A DNA stretch of 64,000 nucleotides, from positions 1 through 64,000 of the IMG/VR virus record IMGVR_UViG_2931736537_000001; one strand, 5' to 3'. The notes below the pieces were generated by a model. It was not told the DNA's origin and searched no databases. It was given only the letters and a program-made list of their open reading frames with translations. Position numbers and translations under genes: made by a program. This document shows positions 36,688 through 45,083 of the stretch, in pieces (the first letter of the stretch is position 1; each line of letters begins with the position of its first letter). Source of the stretch: a virus. Lineage: Duplodnaviria > Caudoviricetes.

Positions 36688-37134
36688 TCAGGCCGCCGTA
36701 GCGACCGGGGTGTTGGGCGCAGCGTCAGCCTCGGGGGCACGTCGCCGGGCGCGCGCTCGGCTGCCGGCGCCCCGGCAGCGCTTGCACGGGCAGCGCCGCT
36801 TGGTGTAGCGGGCCTCCGTGCCGTGCTGGTCGACCTGACGTTGAGGGCCGGCCGCGCGCCGGGCTGCCTTCCCTTCCTGCTGCGCCTGGGCCAGTGCCTG
36901 GGCGAACGTGGCGTTGTCACGGCGCAGGTTGTACACCGGCGTCCTCGACAGGCCGGCCGAGGCGGCGGCCTCCGCGACCGTCGCCCCGGCCCGTATGTCG
37001 GCGAGCAGCTGCGCGATGCGCTCCGGACTCGTCAGGGCCGGAGGGCGGCCCCGGCCGCGCCGCACCGCCGGGGACGACGGTGCGGCGCCCTGCTCGCCGA
37101 CGGCCGTGCGTGGGGGCCGGAGATCCGCCGTCAT
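36688..37134 (-). CDS. HTH protein with AT-hook-like GRP motif and HGT..Y...CxCxxC finger
   Basis: RGRGRPP, GATVAEAAASAGLSRTPVY, HGTEARYTKRRCPCKRC. Confidence 0.65.
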   Translation of the reverse strand: MTADLRPPRTAVGEQGAAPSSPAVRRGRGRPPALTSPERIAQLLADIRAGATVAEAAASAGLSRTPVYNLRRDNATFAQALAQAQQEGKAARRAAGPQRQVDQHGTEARYTKRRCPCKRCRGAGSRARARRRAPEADAAPNTPVATAA

Positions 37135-37715
37135 GCCGCATCCTGCAACGGCACCGGTGTGGACGCGCACGAGGCCGCTCCCAGGTGGGAGTTGGCCCGT
37201 GCGATGACCTCCGGCACGCTCAGCTCGTCCTGGTGGAAACCGAGCTGCTTGCACATCTGCGAGTACACCCACTGGACGTTCGGGAAGGGCCGGTCCATCT
37301 CGACGGCCGCGGCCCGCAGGTCCGGCTGCTTCGTCAGGATCTTCAGCAGCGTCGCCTGGGCGGGCGAGGGCTTCCAGTTCGTGACCGGCTTGGGCCGGGC
37401 CCCCGCCTGCTGGGCCAGCCGGGCACGCCGCTTCCGCTGGCCTCGGCGCTCGGCACGGCGTTCGTCCGCGGACAGGCCGCCCCACACGCCCTCGCTCTCC
37501 CAGACCAGTGCGTACTGCCGGCAGGCCAGCATGACCGGGCAGCCCTGGCAGACCGCCTTCGCGGCGTCGATGTTGACCGCGCCGGGCGTGAAGAAGAGGT
37601 CGGTCTTGTAGGCCGGCTCCCCGAGTTCATCGGTCTCCGCGCAGGCACGCAGCGACCAGTAGGGGTGGGCTTCGAGTTCGGCCAGGGCGGCGATTCGGTC
37701 CATGGTGTCGTTCAC
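37131..37715 (-). CDS. WhiB-family transcriptional regulator
   Basis: W..RAC...DLFF...AKAVCQGCPV..ACRQYAL...GVWGGLSADERR. Confidence 0.9.
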   Translation of the reverse strand: MNDTMDRIAALAELEAHPYWSLRACAETDELGEPAYKTDLFFTPGAVNIDAAKAVCQGCPVMLACRQYALVWESEGVWGGLSADERRAERRGQRKRRARLAQQAGARPKPVTNWKPSPAQATLLKILTKQPDLRAAAVEMDRPFPNVQWVYSQMCKQLGFHQDELSVPEVIARANSHLGAASCASTPVPLQDAA

Positions 37716-37924
37716 TCCTCACGGGACTGCGCCCGATTGATCACGTCGGTGGCCTCGGCGACGACGAGGGCTTCAGCCAGCTCCGAACGGGTCCGGCGGT
37801 GCACAGCACGCTCAAGGACCCGGTCGAGCCGTTCGCCGGCCAGGGCTTCGTCGATCCGGCGGCGGTGCCACCGCACGGCGGCAGCACCGGCCAGCGCCGC
37901 GGCAGCGATCCAGCGGATACGCAT
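37712..37924 (-). CDS. small hypothetical protein
   Basis: GGAGGT RBS; GTGA overlap. Confidence 0.55.
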   Translation of the reverse strand: MRIRWIAAAALAGAAAVRWHRRRIDEALAGERLDRVLERAVHRRTRSELAEALVVAEATDVINRAQSREE

Positions 37925-37981
37925 GGGAGATCACCTCCCTCCACGGCGCGGTCGGGGCCAGGACGGCCGCCGGGCGGCGGA

Positions 37982-39268
37982 TCATGCCGCCAGCCCGAAC
38001 GGCTCGAGGTCCTGGCCGGTGATGAATTCGAAGGCCATCGCCCCGATGTCGCGGGCGATGTTGGGGGTCACGGCCATGCCGACCATGGAGACGAGCTGCT
38101 GGTCGCGCTCCTTCTTCTTCTCCGCGGTCGCCACCAGCTCGTACGTCTCCGGGAAGGACATGGCGACCTTGCGTTCGTCGACCGTCAGCAGCCGGGCATG
38201 CCGGTCGCGGACGTCCTCGGCGGTGCCGTTGACCCACAGGTGGTGGTTGCCGCCTGCGGTCAGCGTCGACAGCGGCCGGCTGGTCGGCCGGTGCGTGGAC
38301 CCGCCACCTCGCAGCTCGGCGATGAACGGGGCACCGCCGTACAGCCGGTGCCCGGCCTGGATCTTCCGCCAGGTGTTCGCGCTGCGCGGGCCGGCGTACC
38401 GGTCGCCGATCAGCGGGCCCGGGTCCGAGTGGTCCAGGATCTCGGCGACCGGCCGCAGCGCGTACGGCTCCAGCGCCACCGTGGCGCAGTGCCGGTGCGG
38501 GCACCGCCAGATGTACTGCGCCCGGTGCTTGCCCCACGGACGCTGCGGCGAGCACGAGTCGGTGGTCTTCCATGCCTGCAGCGCCTGGACCTTGCCGTGC
38601 CGCGCGCACGCCACCATCGGCCGGAGCCACTTGTCGAAGTTCGGCGTACGGCCGACGGACTCGTGCCAGAAGATGACGTACATGCGGTCCCGGCTGCTGT
38701 GTGAGGCCGGCCCGTACGCCGCGGCGTGCGCCGAGTTCGCGTAGACGATGCGGTGGCGGTAGCCCCAGACCCGCATTTGCGCGATCCACGCGTCGAAGGC
38801 GGCGCCCCGGTTGTGCTCCGGTCCCCACCAGCGGGCTTCGACCACGTTCTCGACGACGATGAACAGGTACCCGTGGTGCTCGGCGAACCGCGGGACGCAG
38901 TGCATCGTGGCGCGGGAGCGGATCGCGGTCTCGTCAGTGCCGTTCGTGGAGAACAGCCCGTCGACGAACTCGCCCTGCAGTCGCTTCCTGCCCGCCGCGA
39001 TGGTGTGGAAGGTGCACTCCGGGCTCGACCACATTGCGTGCGTCCGCGGCCAGGCCGACGGAATCACCTGGGACAGGTCCGCCAGGTGCACCCGCACCCT
39101 GGGGTGATTGGCCCGGTAGGTGGCCACGCAGTGAGCGGCGTGGTTGCCGGCCTGGGCGACGACGGTGCCGGGGACCTGTTCCAGGCCGGCGCCCGCCCCG
39201 CCGCCCCCGGCGAACTGGTCGCTCCACGTCACGGCGGCCTGGTCGTGCCACGTCACGGCGTACGGCAT
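37982..39268 (-). CDS. C5-cytosine DNA methyltransferase
   Basis: DQFAGGGG (motif I), SPEC (IV), VENV (VI), SRDRMY (VIII), FP..Y (IX), G.AV (X). Confidence 0.9.
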   Translation of the reverse strand: MPYAVTWHDQAAVTWSDQFAGGGGAGAGLEQVPGTVVAQAGNHAAHCVATYRANHPRVRVHLADLSQVIPSAWPRTHAMWSSPECTFHTIAAGRKRLQGEFVDGLFSTNGTDETAIRSRATMHCVPRFAEHHGYLFIVVENVVEARWWGPEHNRGAAFDAWIAQMRVWGYRHRIVYANSAHAAAYGPASHSSRDRMYVIFWHESVGRTPNFDKWLRPMVACARHGKVQALQAWKTTDSCSPQRPWGKHRAQYIWRCPHRHCATVALEPYALRPVAEILDHSDPGPLIGDRYAGPRSANTWRKIQAGHRLYGGAPFIAELRGGGSTHRPTSRPLSTLTAGGNHHLWVNGTAEDVRDRHARLLTVDERKVAMSFPETYELVATAEKKKERDQQLVSMVGMAVTPNIARDIGAMAFEFITGQDLEPFGLAA

Positions 39269-39296
39269 CAGGCAGCCACCGCCTGCTGCCGGACCA

Positions 39297-40283
39297 TCAC
39301 GCCGCTCCCTGCTGCCGCTGCGCTCGCGCCGCAGCCTTCGCCTCGCGCTGGCTGCGGGCATACGCCGCAGCCAGCCGGTAGGACACGACGTCGCCGAGGG
39401 TGGTCGGGTTACCGGACGGGTCGAGGGCCGCCATCTTCGACGCCCGGCACGCCTGGATCTCACGCGCCAGCTCGGACAGCGCCTCGTACGTCGCCTCACC
39501 GTCGTAGGCCCGGTGGAGGAAGTCGACGCGCGGCGCGCGGTCGACGCCCGTCTCCGCCCAGGTCCTGAGCTGCTTGCCGACTTCGACCGGGTCGGTGAGC
39601 AACTCGTTGCTCAGACCAGGCGCGTTGGACTTCGTGACCCACAGCTCGTGGGTGGGCAGCATCGAACCGGTGAAATCGACTTCGTACTCGAGCCCGTCGC
39701 GGGCTTCCATACGGCCGGCCGCACGGGCTGGCATCGTGCGGCCCTGGGCATCGGTCTCCAAGACGAACTCCACGCGGTTCCGCAGGGTTGCGACGACGTG
39801 TCCGGGAAAGGCGAGTACCGCGTTGACGCTCTGCCGCTCCAAGGGCCGCATCTCCTCCCAGGCGGCGTCCTTGTTCGCGGCTGCGCCCCCACGCATACCG
39901 GTGGCGATCTTGCCGACCTGGTCGCGGATGCCGTCCGGGCCGGCCCAGAACGCCGACCAGCAGTCGAGGACGACGACGTCGTAGGGTGCCGCGGCGTAGA
40001 GCGCCAGGCACAGGTCGCGCGGGGCGAAGGTCTCCATCTCGATCACGTCGAAGGCGACCTGGCCGGCGTACTGCTTCGACTTGCCGCGCTCGGTGTCGAT
40101 GACGGCGATGCTCTCGCCCAGCGCGGAGGCCATGCGCAGGGCGGTGAGGGTGCGGCCCGAGCCGGGCGGCCCGTCCAGCAGGGCCCGGACCGGGCGGGCC
40201 TCCTTCTTGGCGGCGGCGAACTGGAAATGGGTGTGCGGAACCAGGCCGCCCGCAGATGCGGGGGCCTCGGCGGCGGTCGCCAT
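39297..40283 (-). CDS. Sak4/AAA_24-like ATPase
   Basis: GPPGSGRT, IAVIDTER, YDVVVLD, HVVATLR, RDGLEYE.D, TKS. Confidence 0.8.
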   Translation of the reverse strand: MATAAEAPASAGGLVPHTHFQFAAAKKEARPVRALLDGPPGSGRTLTALRMASALGESIAVIDTERGKSKQYAGQVAFDVIEMETFAPRDLCLALYAAAPYDVVVLDCWSAFWAGPDGIRDQVGKIATGMRGGAAANKDAAWEEMRPLERQSVNAVLAFPGHVVATLRNRVEFVLETDAQGRTMPARAAGRMEARDGLEYEVDFTGSMLPTHELWVTKSNAPGLSNELLTDPVEVGKQLRTWAETGVDRAPRVDFLHRAYDGEATYEALSELAREIQACRASKMAALDPSGNPTTLGDVVSYRLAAAYARSQREAKAAARAQRQQGAA

Positions 40284-40368
40284 GAGGTGGGTCTCCTATG
40301 AGGTTGTTCTGTACGCGGAGGGCCGGGCCGGTGTCGGCTTCCAGCCGCAGGCGCCCCCGCGCGGTGTC

Positions 40369-40905
40369 TTACTCCTGGCCGGCCTCGCCGCCCAGATAGT
40401 CATCGCGCAGGTACTGGGTGATGACCCGGGAGGGGTTCACCAGGAACTTCAGACGCTCCTTGTCGGCCTTGCAGCGGGCGTCGATAGGCGCCCAGTCGTC
40501 GTCGCTCATCCGCAGGCTCGCGCTGGGCAGGGACTTGGCGGGCTTCTCGCCCGATGCCCGGCGGGGCGCCCGGACCGGCTTGACCGGCTCGATGTCCCCG
40601 GCGAGGTACTTGGCGAAGCCCTCGCGCATCACGTCGGCGAGCGCCTTGCGTTCCCGGCTCGCCTTCCGCTCCGCTGCCTCCTTGACGTCCAGCGGGATGT
40701 ACAGCGGCCGGGAAGGCAGGTCGCCCGACTCGTCGCGCATCCTCCACACCGCGCGGCCGGCGGCCCGGGCCAGCGCCCCGAACGCCGCGGCGTCGCCCTC
40801 GAGGACCCCGAAGTCGGTCTTCATCTTGGCGACGCCGCCCTCGGCAGTCACCTCGTAGGACGTCTGGTCGGTCAGGCGGAAAACGGGGGGCTGTTCGTCA
40901 GCCAC
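40369..40905 (-). CDS. putative tandem ribbon-helix-helix regulator
   Basis: SRPLYIPLDVKEAAERKA..LADVMREGFAKYL and SASLRMSDDDWAPIDARC..PSRVITQYL; GAGGA RBS. Confidence 0.6.
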   Translation of the reverse strand: MADEQPPVFRLTDQTSYEVTAEGGVAKMKTDFGVLEGDAAAFGALARAAGRAVWRMRDESGDLPSRPLYIPLDVKEAAERKASRERKALADVMREGFAKYLAGDIEPVKPVRAPRRASGEKPAKSLPSASLRMSDDDWAPIDARCKADKERLKFLVNPSRVITQYLRDDYLGGEAGQE

Positions 40906-41042
40906 GGCGACGGATCCTCTCGACGGCGGAGCGCGCCGGATGCTCGCCGGCGCGACGGTGAACGACATGTGAGACCTCACTTTCGCAGAACCGTGCCGGT
41001 GACCTCGCTGGTGCGTGCTGCACCAACCGTCCCGGCGGCCCC

Positions 41043-41071
41043 ACAGTAACTAAAACCCTATACGTAAGCAA
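41043..41071 (-). promoter_or_regulatory. Conserved promoter/operator, copy 7, at the divergence point of the left and right arms
   Basis: TTGCTT-ACGTATAGGGTTTTAGT-TACTGT; possible rightward -10 TATGGT near 41083. Confidence 0.8.
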
Positions 41072-41140
41072 CGGGTTAGAGCTATGGTGTGGACCGTCCA
41101 GTCCCGCGATCGCCACATGGCGCCCATGAAGAGGATGCAG

Positions 41141-41707
41141 ATGCCCGACTCCACCGCGACCGACTCCCCGACCGTACCCGCCTGGCTCGCCGCGGCCATC
41201 GAGGCCGACGAGCACCGGAAGCTCAACGAGAAGGCCAACGAGATCCAGCGCAACAAGATCTCCGCCGACCTGATCAACCGAAAGCTCGACATGTACGGCG
41301 TCGAGCCGCTTCACCCCGCGCACACCGACGAGTGCGGCCACCTGGTCGGCGCCGTCCTCGCCATGCCCGACTACGACGAAGGCACCTACGAGGTCCGGGC
41401 GATGTGGGACGAGGACAGCAAGCAGATCGAACTGCACACCAGCGACTGGATGGACGACCAACCCCAGTTCGGCCGAGTCCGCCTGATGAACAGCCTCGCG
41501 GACGTCGCCACTGCCCGGCACGAGACCCCGAAGTTCCCGGCCCCCCGGCGGGACTTCCGCCTCGAGGCACTGCACGCAATCGACAACGTGAGGCCGGACA
41601 ACATCAACAACGCGGCGGCCGAGGCCATCGTGACCGCCATCAACGGGCTCACCGCCGCGATCCTTCACCAGACCGAGGTCATCGCCCGGGGCAACGACCG
41701 GCTCTGA
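41141..41707 (+). CDS. hypothetical protein
   Basis: GAGGA RBS; strong codon bias; hairpin after the stop. Confidence 0.75.
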   Translation: MPDSTATDSPTVPAWLAAAIEADEHRKLNEKANEIQRNKISADLINRKLDMYGVEPLHPAHTDECGHLVGAVLAMPDYDEGTYEVRAMWDEDSKQIELHTSDWMDDQPQFGRVRLMNSLADVATARHETPKFPAPRRDFRLEALHAIDNVRPDNINNAAAEAIVTAINGLTAAILHQTEVIARGNDRL

Positions 41708-41845
41708 CACGACGGCGGCAACGCGAAGGGGCCGCCACCAGGCAGCTGACGGCCCCTCGCTGTCTCGTCTCCGCATGCCGCGTACGGCGCGGCCAGCGTA
41801 ACCGATCTTCGTTCCAGCGCACAGCCCCCACTTTCCACAGGCACA

Positions 41846-41864
41846 GCGATTGCCCCGCAATCAC
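41846..41864. repeat. parS-like palindrome (one mismatch)
   Basis: GCGATTGC-CCC-GCAATCAC. Confidence 0.7.
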
Positions 41865-41895
41865 CGTGAGCCCCAGAGCAGAAACGGAGCCCCTC

Positions 41896-42369
41896 TTGAG
41901 CAGCCCCGCCGCGCCCCGCCGCCGGGTACGAGAGCGCACCGAGGGCTGGCGCAAGGGCGACGCGGTCATCGTCGACCGCACCACGCGCCGGCCCGCTCTC
42001 GGCAACCCCTTCGACCTGGAGTGGGTGTACAGCCTGAAGCTGGCCGAGCGCGGCGACCGCCCGGCCGCGCACGAGGCCGCCGTCGACCTGTTCGCCAAGT
42101 GGCTGGCCGGCGACCGGACCTACCTCGACAGCAACGACGACGACCTGCGCCGCGAGCGCGTCCTCGAGCACCTGCAGCAGCTCCGCGGCAAGGACCTCGC
42201 CTGCCCCTGCAGGGAACGACTGCGCTGCCACGCCGAGGTCCTCATGCAGTGGGCCAACGCCGACCCGACCGAGACCGCCCGGTACGTCGCCCTTGCCCGG
42301 CACCGGGTCGACCGCGCCCGCGCCCGGCAGGGCCTCCCGCCGGTCAGCCGCCTGCTGGAAGCCGCGTGA
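41896..42369 (+). CDS. DUF4326 family protein
   Basis: V.R....GNPF...LRGKDLAC.C....CHAEVL..WAN. Confidence 0.85.
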   Translation: MSSPAAPRRRVRERTEGWRKGDAVIVDRTTRRPALGNPFDLEWVYSLKLAERGDRPAAHEAAVDLFAKWLAGDRTYLDSNDDDLRRERVLEHLQQLRGKDLACPCRERLRCHAEVLMQWANADPTETARYVALARHRVDRARARQGLPPVSRLLEAA

Positions 42370-42754
42370 CAGCCCCCGCCCGGCCAGCCGTGCCCAACGT
42401 TCCGGAGACCGCCGCCGCGTGGATCCGGGAGCACGTCCTGGCGCCGCTGCAGATCCCGCCCGCCTGGCCGGAGTGCCCCTGCCAGGGGGAGTCCAACGCC
42501 TGCGCGCACGGCCGGCACAACGAGTGCGGCCACGAGCAGTGGATCGCCTGGGGCGGCTACGAGCACGAGACCGTCATCAGCCAGGGCTTCGCCGGCTTCC
42601 CCTGCAGGGGCGCCTTCGGCCTGTACGGCAACGCCGACGTCTACCTCGCCGACCGGCGCTGCCGCACCCGCTGCAACTGCCCCTGCCACCTCCCGAGCCC
42701 AGCACTGCTCCGTCCCACACCGAGCAACTCGACCTGTTCCCGGAGGAGCAATGA
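42366..42754 (+). CDS. Cys-rich (DUF6248-like) protein with apparent frameshift near 42690
   Basis: AAAWIREHV..CPCQ..C..GRH..C..CNCPCH in one frame; natural end EQLDLFPEEQ-stop (ATGA overlap) in another frame. Confidence 0.55.
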
Positions 42755-43641
42755 AGCGACCGACCACCCACTACATGGCGACCCGCCCGGACGGCACCGT
42801 CCCGCCCACCGACCGCGACCAAGCCCGGTACTTCGAGGGGCAGGGCGAGACCATCCCCACCGTCAACCTCGCCGAACACGTCGGCCGAGTCGTCGACCAC
42901 CCCAGCCCGGGCGCAAAGTGGTACGACGACCGCCCCTTCTCGTACTTCCACATGTACACCCGCCCCGGCGAGGTCCTCGAGCGCGTCGGGTGGCCGGCCC
43001 GCCTCTTCGTCGTGAAGCCCCTGGGCGAGGTCGGCAACTGGGGCGGCGTGCACTACCCGTATTGGCGGATGTCCCACCAGCTGGAGGTCCTCGAGGAGAC
43101 CGACATCTGGCGGGCCTTCGGCCACCGCGGCGAGCGGGTCCTGGACCTCATCGACCGGCAGATCCCCGACCTGGCCCGGCAGTGGGCCGCAGAGTGGGTC
43201 ACCGACCCGGACGGCTCCCGCTGCCGCTACGCCACCTGGGCCGAGCGGCGCTCGGAAACCCAGGTCCTCGAGCAGTGGGTGTACTGGAGGGCGCGCTACT
43301 CCCGCCGGTCGGCCGCCGCCACGATCGCCGAGTCCCTCGCCCGGGCCGCCGGCACAAAGGCCGCGCGCGAAGCAGGGGCCGACGAGGAGGCCACCACGGC
43401 CATCGCCACCCGCGCCTGGTGCCTGGCCGCAGCCGAGCTGCTCCACGACCGGCTCCGCCGCAGCGACTACGAGAAGCAGCTCCGGGACCTGCTGCGCGGC
43501 AGTCCCCACCTCGTAACCGCCTCGACGGGCACGGTCATCGGCACCGCGGCGCCCAAGGGCACGCCCCCGAAGCGCGGCATCCCGATCACGGCGTCGAGGA
43601 CCGGCTCGCCGGCCAAGGGCAGGCCGCGGACCACGACCTGA
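42751..43641 (+). CDS. hypothetical protein
   Basis: GGAGGAG RBS; strong codon bias. Confidence 0.75.
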   Translation: MKRPTTHYMATRPDGTVPPTDRDQARYFEGQGETIPTVNLAEHVGRVVDHPSPGAKWYDDRPFSYFHMYTRPGEVLERVGWPARLFVVKPLGEVGNWGGVHYPYWRMSHQLEVLEETDIWRAFGHRGERVLDLIDRQIPDLARQWAAEWVTDPDGSRCRYATWAERRSETQVLEQWVYWRARYSRRSAAATIAESLARAAGTKAAREAGADEEATTAIATRAWCLAAAELLHDRLRRSDYEKQLRDLLRGSPHLVTASTGTVIGTAAPKGTPPKRGIPITASRTGSPAKGRPRTTT

Positions 43642-43742
43642 CCCACCCGGAACCACACCCAGGCCGCCGCCTTACCCGCCCGGGCGGCGGCCCACCGCAC
43701 ACCCTCGGGCGGACGCCGAGAACACCAGATCGGAGACCCGAA

Positions 43743-44006
43743 GTGCCCGACCTCGCCGGCGACCTGGCGAACGCCGAAGACGAACTGGCCCGCTTACGGG
43801 GCATCGTCGCCAACACCACGGCGTGGATCCACGACGACGCCTACGACATTGCGGCCCGCCGCGCCCTCGCCCAGCGCCTGAAGCTGCCCGAGCCCTCACC
43901 GCGGACGCGCTCCACCGACGGTGCACCGGACAGGCACCGGCCCGTCGGCGACCACAGCCCGGGCCCGAACGCAGGCCGGAGCACCCTCTCAGCAACGGAA
44001 GACTGA
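43743..44006 (+). CDS. small hypothetical protein containing a TTA codon
   Basis: GGAG RBS; 3' part of ORF 41850..44006; in-frame TTA at 43794. Confidence 0.5.
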   Translation: MPDLAGDLANAEDELARLRGIVANTTAWIHDDAYDIAARRALAQRLKLPEPSPRTRSTDGAPDRHRPVGDHSPGPNAGRSTLSATED

Positions 44007-44010
44007 CCTG

Positions 44011-44238
44011 ATGCCCATCGCTGACGCCGAGCTGGCCGCCGCCGAGGACTTCCGGCGCACCCTGGCCAGCCACGACATGGAGAGCCTGCTCGACCTGCTG
44101 GGCGCGCACAGGGAACAGGCGATCACGAGCCTGCGGAAGGCGCTCAGGGCCCTGCGCGCGGACCTCGACGCCCAGGCCGCCAGCCACCGGAGGCTGCTCG
44201 CCCTCCTGACCGCTCCCACCGCTGGAGGCCACCGATGA
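44011..44238 (+). CDS. small coiled-coil protein
   Basis: ATGA-coupled to the next gene. Confidence 0.6.
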   Translation: MPIADAELAAAEDFRRTLASHDMESLLDLLGAHREQAITSLRKALRALRADLDAQAASHRRLLALLTAPTAGGHR

Positions 44239-45083
44239 CCGAGGTCCGCACCCCTGACGCCGCCGTGGCGACCCTCACCCGCGCGTACGAGCTGCTCGAG
44301 GACGACGGTGCCACGCAGCACCTCGGGGTTCTTCGCCAGCCGCTGGCCGACCTGTTCGCCGACCACCTGAGCGGCGACCGCCACGGCCCGATCCGCACCG
44401 CCGCCCCGGCCGAGCCGGCCCCGGTCCTCGACGAGGTGTTCAACCGGCCCGGCAGCGGAGCCTGCTACAGCTGCGGAGACACCGGCGTGCGGTACGACGG
44501 CGTTGGCCCCGAAGGACACGAGTGGTCCACGCAGCAGTGCTGCTGTCAGCACGAGCACTGCAGGTGCGGCGCCTGCGGCGGCTTCCCCTGCGAAGAAGTC
44601 GCCACCGTCGTCCACCTCGCCGCCGTCCTGCTGCGCCAACACGGACCCCACGACGCGACACACCTGGCCGCAGTCCCGTCCGTCGAGCACGCTGGCCAGC
44701 AGTACCTCCTCGGCTACCCCTACGCCGACCGCGACGGTGAACAGTGGGAAGTCCTGGACTACCCCGCCCACGACGGCACACCGTTGGCCCTCCTCCTGCC
44801 CGCGGGCGCCGGCGAGCCCACAGCGCTGCCGGAGATCCTCGAGGCATACGGTCCGCTGCGCCGCATCGCCCACCCGGGCGCCACCGCCCCGGCCCCCGAA
44901 GAAGCTCTGCCCTACTGGGGGCAGAAGCGCTGGGAGGGCGCTGTCGCCCGCTGCACGGGCATGCGGCACCTGGCCCCGGTCGGAGACGACGGCCTGATGA
45001 ACACCCACTCCATCTCCGAGGGCTTCACCGGCCAGTGCCCCGGGTCGAACCAGCCGCCGCGGACCGCCCCATGGCCGCAGTGA
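44235..45083 (+). CDS. Cys-rich hypothetical protein
   Basis: GGAGG RBS; CYSC, CCCQHEHCRCGAC, H...CPGS. Confidence 0.7.
   Translation: MTEVRTPDAAVATLTRAYELLEDDGATQHLGVLRQPLADLFADHLSGDRHGPIRTAAPAEPAPVLDEVFNRPGSGACYSCGDTGVRYDGVGPEGHEWSTQQCCCQHEHCRCGACGGFPCEEVATVVHLAAVLLRQHGPHDATHLAAVPSVEHAGQQYLLGYPYADRDGEQWEVLDYPAHDGTPLALLLPAGAGEPTALPEILEAYGPLRRIAHPGATAPAPEEALPYWGQKRWEGAVARCTGMRHLAPVGDDGLMNTHSISEGFTGQCPGSNQPPRTAPWPQ

Noticed and set aside
37982-39268. Complete restriction-modification system
   Set aside because: No cognate endonuclease is adjacent; this looks like an orphan phage-type methyltransferase.
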